A stretch of 64,000 bases of DNA from Toensbergia leucococca. Its lineage: Eukaryota. The stretch is from positions 62,001-126,000 of the forward strand of contig JALDZS010000044.1 in assembly GCA_022813965.1 (NCBI GenBank), in the 5' to 3' direction. Both the position numbers and the translations under genes were made by a program. The notes beneath the pieces are model-generated. The model searched no databases. It saw only the letters and a program-made list of their open reading frames with translations, and was not told the origin of the DNA. Below are positions 14,000 to 25,648 of the stretch, piece after piece (within the stretch, counting starts at the first letter, position 1; each line of letters begins with the position of its first letter).

Positions 14000-15015
14000 T
14001 TTGAGATGTAGGATATGCTTAAGCAAGGGGGTTGTGTAAGGAGATGGCGGGGGATATGTCTGCTATGCGGCTCCGCCTCTTTTTCAAACTTCTCCCTCCC
14101 ACTCTAAGATGTTCGTGAGAGTGTCGAAGTAGGTAGCATGTCTGCTCAGGAAATCACCAGGCGATGCTTAAATACCTGCGAAATAAGTCTCGTCAGCTCG
14201 AGAAGCATTCACTCAGATCTTTGATTCCAGATTAGGCTGAATGGTGACTCAACAGCAAACCTGATGCTGATTCACATGAAAGATGTCGCCAACGCATAAG
14301 TGAATCGGAAAGCTGGTGCGAAGGAGAGCGACAGCTTGTGTATGCTAGCGAACAGCAGCAAATATGATGTCAAGTCGGCAATACGACTTCCCAAAGAACA
14401 AATCCACTTCGACTTGTTTGCCAACTGCGAACAGAGTAGGCCAGCAACATGGGAAGCGAAACTGCTTCAAGTGATTCGACATTGAACGGAGCATTTGACC
14501 ACGAGGTGAGTAGCACGAGACTCGACATGGACGATGGCGGACACAAAACGTGTAGAAAACGGAAGATGCTTACATTCGTCAAGTCAGAGAGCAAGCGCAA
14601 GGCGACAAAATTGAGGGAGAGTGCAATGCTTAGAGTCGCAAACTGACATTTATGGAATTTCGATATGCCATACTGAGAGACTGAGTATTTACGGAGACGG
14701 AGTATTCGGCGTCGTCTCGCTGGTCCGTGCACATAAATTAAGAGACGGGCATAAATCTCCGTAGAATCCTCGAATATTCTATATTACAACCAAGACTTTT
14801 CTTTCCATAGTCAAAGTATCTTACAAATTTATAAATGTTCAAAGCATCGATGCAATCACAGCTGCAAAGCCATTCGACATGATCGCAGTTGCTCAAGCAG
14901 CAGCCAGCAGTAGCCTACCACAACGAGAAATGGAACAATGCGAGCTACCACCCTTTATCCCTACGTCTAACTCCGACGGAGCAACTTTTTTTCTTGAATA
15001 TGTATATATTGCATA

Positions 15016-15750
15016 TTAAGTTGTTCTAATTAATGGAGGGTTAAATCCAGATGGGCGCCCTACATCCCCTATATTGTGGGCTAATGTTCTTCTTCGGTGG
15101 CGATGGACCACCTGCTCGAGGCTTTGTTCCGTGGAACGGAAGCTGCCATGTTCTTCCTCGGGCCTTTCTTCTATTTCGTCGTTGTTGCCATCTTCTGCTG
15201 CCACTGCATGTTCGTGCAATACGCTGTCTGAATGGCGAGTGGGTTCGCTTGATGGGTTCAACGAAGCTTCCTTGGTCGTTGCGGCAAGGGCGGCGAATAG
15301 CTCTACAATCCTGTTAGATTCTGCCGTAACATATTCAGATTGCAACGGACCATTGATACTTGGCACACCATGCCTATCGCCGTCATGAGGGTGAACTGTC
15401 GGCCACGTGCCCTGTACTTGTGACGGAGGTACTGATGGTTGTAGTGGACGTTGCAGTTGGCTGCGAAGAGTCTGCCAAGGTAGCCAGTCGTGCGGCAACC
15501 CAGAATCGCAGTATATGAAGGCTTCCCTGTCAATATCTGGCCCGTCCCAAGGCTTCATCACGGTTCCATTTCTTGGGACATGATACACGTAGCGTTTCTT
15601 TTGCACGTTGTTAAAGCGTACGGTATGAGATAGGTTGGGAAGGTAGCGCATTCCTAGGTCTTCCTCATGTTGTGGGCGATCGACAGTTTGAATTGATGAA
15701 TGGATGGGGACTAAATGGTTATTCGTTATTTGGAAAGAACTCAAGTACAT
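15016..15750 (-). CDS. Hypothetical orphan protein (244 aa ORF)
   Basis: ATG-initiated 244-codon ORF in an otherwise empty interval, with a TATATAAAAG-like box upstream on the minus strand near 16050. No recognisable domain. Confidence 0.3.
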   Translation of the reverse strand: MYLSSFQITNNHLVPIHSSIQTVDRPQHEEDLGMRYLPNLSHTVRFNNVQKKRYVYHVPRNGTVMKPWDGPDIDREAFIYCDSGLPHDWLPWQTLRSQLQRPLQPSVPPSQVQGTWPTVHPHDGDRHGVPSINGPLQSEYVTAESNRIVELFAALAATTKEASLNPSSEPTRHSDSVLHEHAVAAEDGNNDEIEERPEEEHGSFRSTEQSLEQVVHRHRRRTLAHNIGDVGRPSGFNPPLIRTT

Positions 15751-16197
15751 TAGAAAGTAGACCAGATATTTGAAGAGAAGATCTAATGAATAGGGTCAAA
15801 GCAAAGAAGGGCAGAGTAATTGTGAATTCATGATGGTTACAGCAGAGCAAACAAGACATACTCCTTCTCCTTTCACTTCCTTCAGAACGGGTTTGATTCA
15901 TTCTAACGTTGTCGATGGTGCTGAAGGAAGCCTTTGTTAGTGAAGAAGCCTTTGGTATATAATAGCAATTCTAGTTGATAGAGATTAAAGAAACCTATGA
16001 AGACTAGATTCGAGAATGGAAGTGGAATTTAAATGGAGATAAGTGGCTTTTATATATGGGCAAGGACCAGTCATGGTTATTGGGTAGTGACTGCACAGGA
16101 GGAAGTATTATTTCAAGCTTGGAGAAGACGCTGTATCAGTGAGAATCCAAGCCAAATCGAGGATGCACATATCTTGAACTAACTAAACAGATCACGG

Positions 16198-16286
16198 AGA
16201 GGGAAAACATAGAGGGAAAACATAGAGGGAAAACTTAGAGGGAAAACTTAAAGGGAAAACATAGAGGGAAAACATAGAGGGAAACA
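16198..16286. repeat. Tandem minisatellite, 13-bp unit AGAGGGAAAACAT/AGAGGGAAAACTT, ~7 copies
   Basis: Directly visible repeated gagggaaaacata units. Confidence 0.9.
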
Positions 16287-16851
16287 AAGCTGAGTGGTTG
16301 ATCCCTTAATGTGGACTGATCCAGGTGCCGATCTCTTTTTTACTTCCTGACGTACTGATGCCCCAGATCTTGGAAGAAGAGGGCTGATCATATATACTTA
16401 GCCCAATTGAGTACTATAACCTCGAGTATACTGGGCTAAATCGAGTTCAGTGCTTTATACTTCGAAATGCTAAATTTGAACTTTAATTGAACGTTGGGGA
16501 GAAAGAGCACAGTACTTGAGGTTTGATGTATATACCACGACTTCTAGTTTCTTCACTCCATTGGTGAATTTGTTGCTTGCTTGATCTCGGGGACTAGAAT
16601 TCGTCGAGCGTTCCTAGGTGCAGGTTCATTGCCACGACAGCAATTTGCCTGATTCGGCACCCTAAGCAATTACTCGCAGCTCTGGAGAACATAGGCAACC
16701 CTTCCCACGAGTGGCCTTGCGAGAGAAAGATAGTATATTTTCAGGTAAGGGGATGCTCGCTCTTGGAACACAGGATGATGTTAGTAGATGTCAAAGAACT
16801 TTAGCTTTGAGAGATCGACAACTCTGCATTCGTACTACCTCGTTCTATACG

Positions 16852-19737
16852 CTATCTCTTTCCCTTTCGCATCCTCTTCTCGCGTTCGTAGATATTTGAT
16901 TCCCTTCCTTCCTCACCTTGAATCTCAGCAACCAACCTCTTGTACTTCTTCTCATACTGAGTGTCCCTCTCTTTCTTTTCCTTGAGATTCTCTCGTGCAA
17001 TGAAGTTAGCATCCTTCCTCAGCTCTCTGAGTGCACCTTTTCGTTCACGCTTATGTTCCGACTTAAGTTTGCTCATGTCGGCGCGATCTCTGTCCGGATC
17101 GTAGTGCTTGTCTGGATTGTAGGACTCTTCGAATTTTGGTATTGAGGTTTTTATAGCTAGCGGACGATGGGTGTGGAATTTCAATGGCCGACGAGAGAGA
17201 TGTGCTTGCTGCAGAAGGACTTGTACTTTGGCTAGTGTTCTCTTCGCGTTGCTCTGTAAACGATCTGATTAACTGTATTGAATAATTGAGAGGGGGACAT
17301 GATGTGCGTACTTTGGTTGTGGTATTAAGCCTGCTTAAGCAAGCGTTACTAGTCAAATGTCGAAGTACATTAGAGACTGGATTGAATACTTCATAGAATG
17401 CTGATTTGCTTGCCCACAAATCCGCCATTGCATCGAAGAAAGCTATGTGCGTGTTTAAGAGCGATATCTTGAGTTCTTTATTGGCCTTTTCCGGGCTATC
17501 TTTTGGATGTCCGATGTCCCAGAAACTAAGCTTTCTCTCTAAAGGCTCCGGCCTTTCCGGCGTGGCATCTACCAGGGACAGTGACGTCTGCATATAACAA
17601 GGGAAGCAACTAAGTATCTGAGTTGGCTTTGCTGGAGCTAGAGTGTATAGAACATTCAAACTGTAGTTTACTAACTCCGGAACATATCTTTTCGATAGTC
17701 TCTGATAATGCAAACAGAGGGTTTCGAGATATGTACCAACAGCGAAGTCCCCCAGGGAATGTGGAATCTTCTGGCCCATGTAACGAGCCATACAGAGAAT
17801 TGCAGGAGTCACGACCTGATGAAAATGATCCGAAGTTGGGAAGATGGACGCAATGGCTGTTAGAATTATGAGATCGCCTGGTGTAGGTGAGTTTGGTCGA
17901 GTTTCATGGAGAGATTTTAGATGCGATCTGAAAGCACGTCCAACTGCTTCGGGGAATGTCTTTGCAAGCGAATGGATGTGGCGTATCAGGGCTTCCAATA
18001 CAGCAAATGGTGGATGGGTAGTTTGATTGGCTAGAAAAGAAATGTGATCAACGAGGACGGCGGAGAAAATCTCAAGCTTGGCTTTGTTGTCACCATGTAA
18101 TTTCGGGTGGTATAAAGCTCTTATCCTCTGCACGACGATAGTTGTCTTCTCGATCGGAATGGTCTCTGTAATGAGTCGGAAATCTTGGTGACTTTGTGGG
18201 CATGAATATGTATATGCTAGATCATTGGAATCGCCATCCTCATTATTTGATTCGATTTGTGGTTTGGTGTGTCTTGTATCATCCTTTCTAAAGCTATCCG
18301 CAGATGGCAATCCGTGGATAAACTCTAGGTCCTCGTCTTCACTAGACCCGTCGTTCGAGACGGGCAGTGAATTATGCTCTCCATCAGAAGTATCTATATC
18401 TGACGCCACTAGATCGTTTTCGATGACGAAGTCATCTTCGTCCTCGACGTCCAGCTGTTGCTTCTCGACTTCTCCAGATATCCCAGAGCCTATGCCCAGT
18501 ATCTCTGCCTCATCAAGCTCAATGTCGTCGTCGCCTTGAGCTTCTTGCCCGATATGGTCAAACTCTTCATCACTACTGTCTTCATCCCCTCTCATCCTTC
18601 GGAGCCTCTTTTCCTCAAGCTCCTTGAGCCTCTGCGCTTCCTCTGAAAGCCTTTCCTCCTCTGTCTTGGTCGGGTTCGTTGGCTTTGAACGCTGATCAAA
18701 CTGCATCTGGCGTAGTCTTTCGTCATACTCCTTGTCAGCCTGAGATCGATCCTTTCCGTCCAGTAGTGCTGCCCGGTCAGGGTTCATGCCATGGTCTAAA
18801 CCCGCTCCTGCTTGTGGACGCTGCGATGGAGCTTGAGGCTGCGATCCTCGTATGAGAGCAAATAGATCTGGAAGACCTTTGTCTAGCTCGGCGCGGAGAT
18901 CGTCGTCATCCTCTTTGGCTTGTTGCCGCTCGTATTTGTGAAGCTTTGACTTTGCCATCACTTCTTTCATGACCTCCTGCTTCGTCTTTGGCCTCTCCGA
19001 TCCCATCTCACTATCTTCATCCGTCGAATTTTCATCCGAATAACCTAGACCAGACAATTTCCGACGCTTACGAGATCCGTGCTCTTCTGCCACATCGTGG
19101 CCATCTTCATCAGAGACGCCTAGATCAGGCTCATTAAAATCATCCGTTTTGTCAGCCCTGTCGAAGGATAGCGACTCTCCAAAATGAGTGAGTTGCACAT
19201 CCTCTTCTTCATCATCTAAGTCGAACTGCGATTCCTTCTTGACTCCTCTCTGCTTCTCTCTCACGAAACGTTCCAGTGCTTTCTCCTCTAACGTCATTGT
19301 AGGATCATTTTCGCCAAATCTTCGATCCGTGATACCGCCTACTTTCTTACGTCGCTGCATCTCAACTAACAGTGTTTTCCTGCGCTGTGTACCATTGAAT
19401 TAGCATATTTAGAACCTTGATAATTGATAGCACACCTTACATTCTCTTCACCTACGCCCTTTGAGACCCCAGGCCGTACGGCGCCCCCCTTCACTACCCG
19501 TCCGCCAACAGTCCTACTATTTGTAAATTCATATTTGGTACCTCGTGCCGGTGCCTTGACCTCGAAGGGATTGAACTGATCCCGTATGCCCTGTAGCGCT
19601 GCATTGCGTTGTGTCTTCTTGTCCCTGAATGATCCATTCTTGCTGGCCTGCTTCTTCTGTCTTTTGGATGGCTGAGATCCTACAATCCCCTGTTCTCGCA
19701 AGGAAGCTTTCAGTCTCTTCAGCTGCGACGGAGGCAT
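16852..19737 (-). CDS. NOP14: Nucleolar protein 14 (SSU processome)
   Basis: MPPSQLKRLKASLRE start, GGITDRRFGENDP, KTKQEVMKEVMAKSKLHKYERQ, FPTSDHFHQV, ERKGALRELRKD. Introns near 19385-19439 and ~17255-17310. Confidence 0.95.
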
Positions 19738-20138
19738 CCTGTAAGCCGCAGATTATGTTGTAGCGCCAGCTCTCGCGAGTTCCGAAATACTACGAGTTGA
19801 GTATCCGGCTAAGTAGTCCAGAGATTCGAATTCGGCATCGATTCGCCATACTCAGGTGCTCATCCACATGCACTCGAAAACAAGGGCAACACTTAAGCGA
19901 TTCCTGCGGCACAACCTACATTTTGCCATTTGCCTGCAGCAACACTCGCGTATTCTCGATCGCGAAAAACTGCCATAATGATAGATTCGGCCTCGCTTTT
20001 ACAATCAACCGTTGACAGGGGACACACTTCATAGTCGGCAACGCCTTGACCATGGCCCGGGCATAAATGACGTCAATCCTGTTGGTCTTCCACAACACAG
20101 GTAGGTATGCCTTCCTACACACAGCCAACTCGATCATC

Positions 20139-21431
20139 ATGGCCTCCAAGCACCAGGACACCTACATGTTCATTACCCTAGGTAGATGTTTCCAATGCGA
20201 GAGTGCCCGCCTCTTTACTGACCCTGCTGTTAAAGCGGTTGTGGGCTACGTAGGAGCCTGGGCGGTACACGAGCAACTGCTGGCAGTGCGCAAGGCCTCC
20301 AAGATCACTCAGGAGGAACAGCCGCCCGACCTCATCACGCAGCATACGGAAGATGGTGAGTGCAAGAAAAGTTGCCCCTTCATCTTCGTGTGCTGAATGA
20401 CGGCAGCTCTCAAGCTCGACACTCTGTGGGCACTCACGCAGGGCGCGAATCCGGAGATCCGAAACGCGTACACCCAAGCGAATACTATGAAGATACCCTC
20501 GCTGACCCTCTAGTAGAGCCTTGAAAATAATTACCGAACGTGCCGCCAGGGGTGCTTGTTATCATATCATTCTTACAGACATCGCCGGTCAAGATACCGA
20601 ACGACGAGATAGGGCCCTGGTCTGCATCAAGTATCTCAGTGAAAGCCGTATGCCACTCTCTCTAACCTCAATTCGCATTTCTGACACCCAACTACTTTAG
20701 CCGGACGCTACTACATTAACAACCGCCGCACATACCAAGCCCTTATCGATTGCCTCTGCAACATCCTCGAAGACTATCCTATTCCAAAACTCACTATATC
20801 CCCAACCACCCATCGCTACCGCACCCAACCCGAGCGCGACGCCCTCACTGTTCTCAGGCGAACAATGTGTTATAATCTCACCGAAGCCCTGGACGCTGGC
20901 CTCATCAGCCGCTGGCTACTATACTACCCCTTCGGCGGCAGCAGCACCTACGGAAGCCGAAAGAGGGCTCTGGTGCAGGAATTAAGGGCTTTGGATAGTG
21001 AAGATGAAGTGATGAGCGACATCGTCAATACAATCTGCAGCGAAGAAGAAGGCTGGAAGCAGATGATTGAGTACGGCCTCGTGGAAGAGTTTAATCTGGC
21101 CTCTGTTCCGCCCGATGGACAAACGGCGTACGGAGTGTCCAATCAAGGTTCGTGGCACAACATGATGACTCGAGGGCGTCGCGTGAGAGAGGAAAGCGTG
21201 GAGGAGCAGGCTTTGAGACGACGTAGACGGGAGGCAATGGTTCTCAACGAGGGGGGCAGACCTTTTGAGGGAGGCGACATCATCCATCGGGATCATATAA
21301 TTAGGGACGAGGATGTGGAGGAGGAACTGGAGCAGCTTGTTAACGAGGTCCGGAGAGAGCATGAGGAGGCTGAGGCGCAGAGGGTGGGGAATCGGGGGTG
21401 GTGGTGGACTAGATGGCATGGTTTGATTTAA
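20139..21431 (+). CDS. Conserved fungal hypothetical protein with N-terminal hydrophobic segment, multi-exon
   Basis: Hand-spliced MASKHQDTYMFITL|AVVGYV...ITQHTED|ALKLDTL...IRNA|ALKIITER; final exon has RVREESVEEQALRRRRREAMVL, a motif I recall from Pezizomycotina hypotheticals. Confidence 0.75.
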
Positions 21432-21751
21432 TTGCGCGGTTGGTAGATCCTATCACGGGGCTTTAAGTAAGAGTGGGAGGCATGGTAGGGGTCGACGTGG
21501 GCGTTTTGTGGACTTTTACATGATACCCTTGACATTGACTTGGCGTGGTTGAATAGCATTTTGATATGCCCCCTTCTAAATGCTTCTAAAATAAAGCACA
21601 TTCGAAGATGGGCAGTGCTGCATACACAGACAGAATTCAAGAAAAAAAATCATCGGTGTTCTCACTTTCCAACCGCTGATTTCAGCCTCAGCTTGATGAT
21701 CGAAATGTTCCAACGATGCTAGCACAGTAATACATTCTAGCACAACCTCCC

Positions 21752-22550
21752 TTACGGAGCCTTCTGTAAAACTTTCGTCTTATTCTCCAGCAGCTTAATT
21801 CGAGACAGCACGTACGGCTTTACCCTCCTCTCCACCCCCCCCTGATAAGCCGGTGCCATCCACAGCTGATTCTCCGTAAAACACAAATACCTATCCGCCT
21901 TACACTCATCGTGTCCTTTCAGTCGAAGCGCGGATCCCGCACAAACGTCGTGACGATACCCGTATCTAGATGAAAAATGAGGTTGGATTTGTCCTCCGTG
22001 TTGCCCGCATACATGTCGTTATTCGTATTCGATTCCATGCCGTTCGACAGCCCTTTGTGCCCATGAAGCAGCACGCTCCCCTGCGCCATGATCTTCGAGC
22101 AAGGGCTATTGTCCAGAAGATGCGCGGCGGGGATAGAGTAGAGGCTCCTGCCGCTTGTGACGGCCCTGTAGAGCGTGGCACCGTCGGCGGAAATCGCGAT
22201 ACCGTAGGCGCCGAAATTGAGGTACTTTGATTTGGGTCAGTAGATTTGATTTGATTGAGTGAGAATCACGCGTACAAAGTCTGCAGGCGCAGCTGTTGGG
22301 CCGAAAATAATGATCTTGAGAATCGTGTTGTTACTCAAGTTCATACAGATTAATTTCAGGCCTTCATGTGTAGCTAGGGTGTTAGTCCCATAAGGCGTGG
22401 CAGCCCTACCCGTATCAAAAATGCACAGTCTATTTGCTGGGTCAGTTACCACGGACTGCACGCCGATGAGGTACCTAGTTCTGATAACAGGCACTCGTGG
22501 GCGGAGTAGTCGTGTAGTTGATCCGGCCACCTGGCGGAGAATTGATGTTT
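21752..22550 (-). pseudogene. Degraded yellow/major royal jelly protein (MRJP) family gene
   Basis: Recognisable blocks YLIGVQSVVTDPANRLCIFDTGRA, GIAISADGATLY, KGLSNGMES, FVRDPRF and TENQLW...RRVKPYVL. They are broken by a 4-nt frameshift (~22474-22477), an internal deletion (~22230-22280), an in-frame TGA at 21919-21921 and a further frameshift. No 5' end found. Confidence 0.8.
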
Positions 22551-22805
22551 GCATTTGTAAAGAGAACCTCAGTAGAATCTCGCGTTCGCTCAGCTACGGT
22601 ATGCTGGATCTTTATGATTAAGACCTAGAAGAAGATCAGCATTGAAGAACGCTCGAGATAATGGCTACGGGAGGGTTGATTACCTCGTTGACCTCTGACT
22701 TTCGAGACATTGAAGATAACGTCTGGATAAAGGTCTTATTTCCCTTTTTCGGAAACCTACACTGCTTCTCCAATACCTTACTCACCACACGAAGTTTTTT
22801 CAAGA

Positions 22806-25333
22806 CTAAAGGCCTTTCCAAGATAGTTTGACGAGGTGGTCTGCCTTCTTTCTGCTATTCTTAATCATTCCCATGTATTTTAGTTCACTCAGTGCTTGGG
22901 AGAAAAGTGCTCTGGGGACATTGTCAATAGACTGGTCTAAGCTCCAACATGAGGCCCGAACAAAAGACCTACAAAACTCTTCGTTCTTCGCTGTCCTCGT
23001 CTTCATTTTCATCTGCCCCTACAATCGTACGGAAAGCAGACCACAAATCCGAAATGTTGATCAATGCCCCTGACTCAAGATACAGCTGATAAATTATGGC
23101 TGTCGCTGGTTGTGTAGAAGACAGCCCATTTTCTGAGGCATCGCAGCAAATACAGCCAAGGTAGTCGTGCGGAGAGCTGAACGCCCGCTCAACAGCAAAA
23201 CGTGGCTTTGGCGTGAAAACGTCGCGGTGTGGCGATTTGGAGTCATAGATGAAGAGTTCATGCAGGAACAGCGTCTGAGGATTAGCCAACCCCTTTTCAA
23301 AGAAATTCCCGAGCAGTTCATGCACACGGTTAACGATCTTAGAGTAGACGGCGTCATCCTTCGATAATGCCGATCTGTGTTTGCTGAGCTTTACCTTCTG
23401 CGCTACGATAGTAGTGCGTAAGCTATCGTAATGAATATCATGTTCACTTCGCAGAGCATTCGTATGGCTGCCGGTGGTCCCAATCATCTTCTCGAGATCA
23501 GAATAAGCATCCTGTAATCCTGGCAGTGGGAAGTCGGACAGCTTGAGAAGTAAAGCACTCATGATATTAGAAGGCAGCTTATTGATCGAGAGGAGAATGT
23601 CTCGGGTCAGAGTAGAGCCTGCCAATTCTCCAGACATGCCTTTAATGTACAAATCCGACCTTGCAATACTTGGCTTCAACGCCGCGTAGATCTGTATTGT
23701 ACCAATCACTTCTAATACCATGGAAATATCACCGAGAGCTTTCTGGCCTGTTTTGAGATGCTCCATCACCGTGTCATAGAGGTAGGTGTCACTATTAAGT
23801 AAGTTTCGAATTGTCTTCAAATCATTGTCCTTGATTAGTTCCTCGATGTACCTACTCTGTCATTAGCCCTACTACCTTGAGAATCCGCTGGACACATGGC
23901 GTACTCTCTAAAGGATGGCAGATTTCGGATGGCTTCATAGTGATCGTGCTGTAGGGAACAGGATGAGTCAGTCGTCCCAAGGAAGATGCTCAGTGGATTA
24001 GCAAAAAAATGCGTCATGTAGGCATACTAGATCACTCAGTCAGCTCATTTCATGAAAAGCTCAAGATAAGCTTACCTTCAGAGTTCGGACAAAGTCCCGA
24101 ATGCTTTGGACGTACCCTTTCTGCCGTTGGAGAAGTGTCTCACTCAGACCAGGGCCTAACCATAATACTCTCGACTCTCCTGAAGACGTCGCAGCCTTGA
24201 ATATTAACTCTACTGTATCGTCAAATCGAGCTACATCAAATCTTTTTCCTCGCAAACATTTGATTGTGTTGCGAGATAATTTATCTTGAAAAAGCTCAAT
24301 TGAGGTTGCTATGCCAAACAACAGTACGAAGGGAATTCGGTCATTCCATGAACTGCTGAAATTAGCTAAGAGGAATACCGTGGGATTTCGGAAGTGATTT
24401 TGTTACCTGAGTACATCAATAAGATCCGCCAGAAGACTTCCCTCGAAGGCTTCGCTGTCTTGGAATGAGAGGACTACTCGCGAGATCGATCGAGATTTCA
24501 CCAGATCATAAAGTATCTGCAGATCGTAATTCAAGTAACGACGATCCTGGAAAACGTGTCAGCTTTCTACATCAACTTGAGAGATCGATTCACACCTGTT
24601 GAGAGTCTGGCAAAGGTTCCTCGTTCGCCGAATCTGAGGCTTCGTCTGTGGCCAGCCGATTAATGTACTTCAGCAAAGATTTGAGATTAGTAGCCTGACT
24701 GGAAGTCACATTGACCACTACTGCTATAGTCTCGAGTTTGATGCGCTCTGATATGGAGTGGAGCAAGCTGTCGTAGACTCCAACGCTAGGACCCGCAACA
24801 ATAAGACCGGTGGGAATTCTCCTAAGGCCTCTAGAGTAGTCGTTCAGCACTTGGGCTGCAAAACGTAGAAACTAGCACCTACTCAAGTATGTCTACATTG
24901 GTGACAAAATCAGCCACTTCTTCGATGATCTCCACGTTGAGCTCGTGCAAGAGGCTCTGTCTCGAGTCAATGATTCAATCAACCAGCTTCGAGAACATAG
25001 ACAGTACCTCAATATTTCTTTCTTGTTGGACCCATGCATCATCAAATAGATCAAGTCGGGCCCTTGTGTGCTCCAAGTTTTCATTCCCTCTTAAAAGTGG
25101 AATGAACGATGAGCATCCAGTGCTAGCTGATGGTTCATTGATACTTGATGTTTTCCTGCGTTTTGCAGGACGTGTAGCACTATCTTTTGGATTGATCTCT
25201 GGCTCGAAAACGTAGCAACCCTAAGCTTTGTTAGCCAGAGCGGCCTTCAACGGTCAGGAGTATGACTGACTTGATGACTAGTATTTTTGAAGTCCTGATC
25301 TCGTACATGTTGAACAGCAGCATCTTCAGGCAT
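22806..25333 (-). CDS. ORC3: Origin recognition complex subunit 3, multi-exon
   Basis: RIPTGLIVAGP, FQDSEAFE, IPFVLLFGIATSIELF, YQLYLESGALINISDLW, FSQALSELKYMGMIKNSRKKADHL. Start MPEDAAV...HQ|GCYVFEP. Confidence 0.93.
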
Positions 25334-25648
25334 GGCGCGAGATCTGAGGAGGCATCCGACTTCTCTACCAAATCTCTTTGCTATTTACATTAGAATCCGA
25401 TGTAGCGTAGGTAGTAGTGTTAACATTTGGTAGTATTACAGCACTTGAGAATAGATGTATAGATATAGATCTACTCGTAGTATTCAGCAAGAGATTGTGT
25501 GACCTGGCGCGTCGGGATTGAATGATATATAATAATACTCGCGCCGGGCTGATGACTTCATTTCCTGTGAAATCTTTCACCTTTCAATGTTCTTCAACAC
25601 CTGCCATGTCGATCAGCTCTCCCTTTCTAAACTGTCAACTTTAAATTC

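Noticed and set aside
14300..14732. Small ORFs upstream of TFIIS
   Set aside because: Short, overlapping on both strands, with no homology cues.
16198..16286. CRISPR-like array
   Set aside because: The 13-bp units are contiguous with no spacers, the context is eukaryotic, and there are no cas genes.
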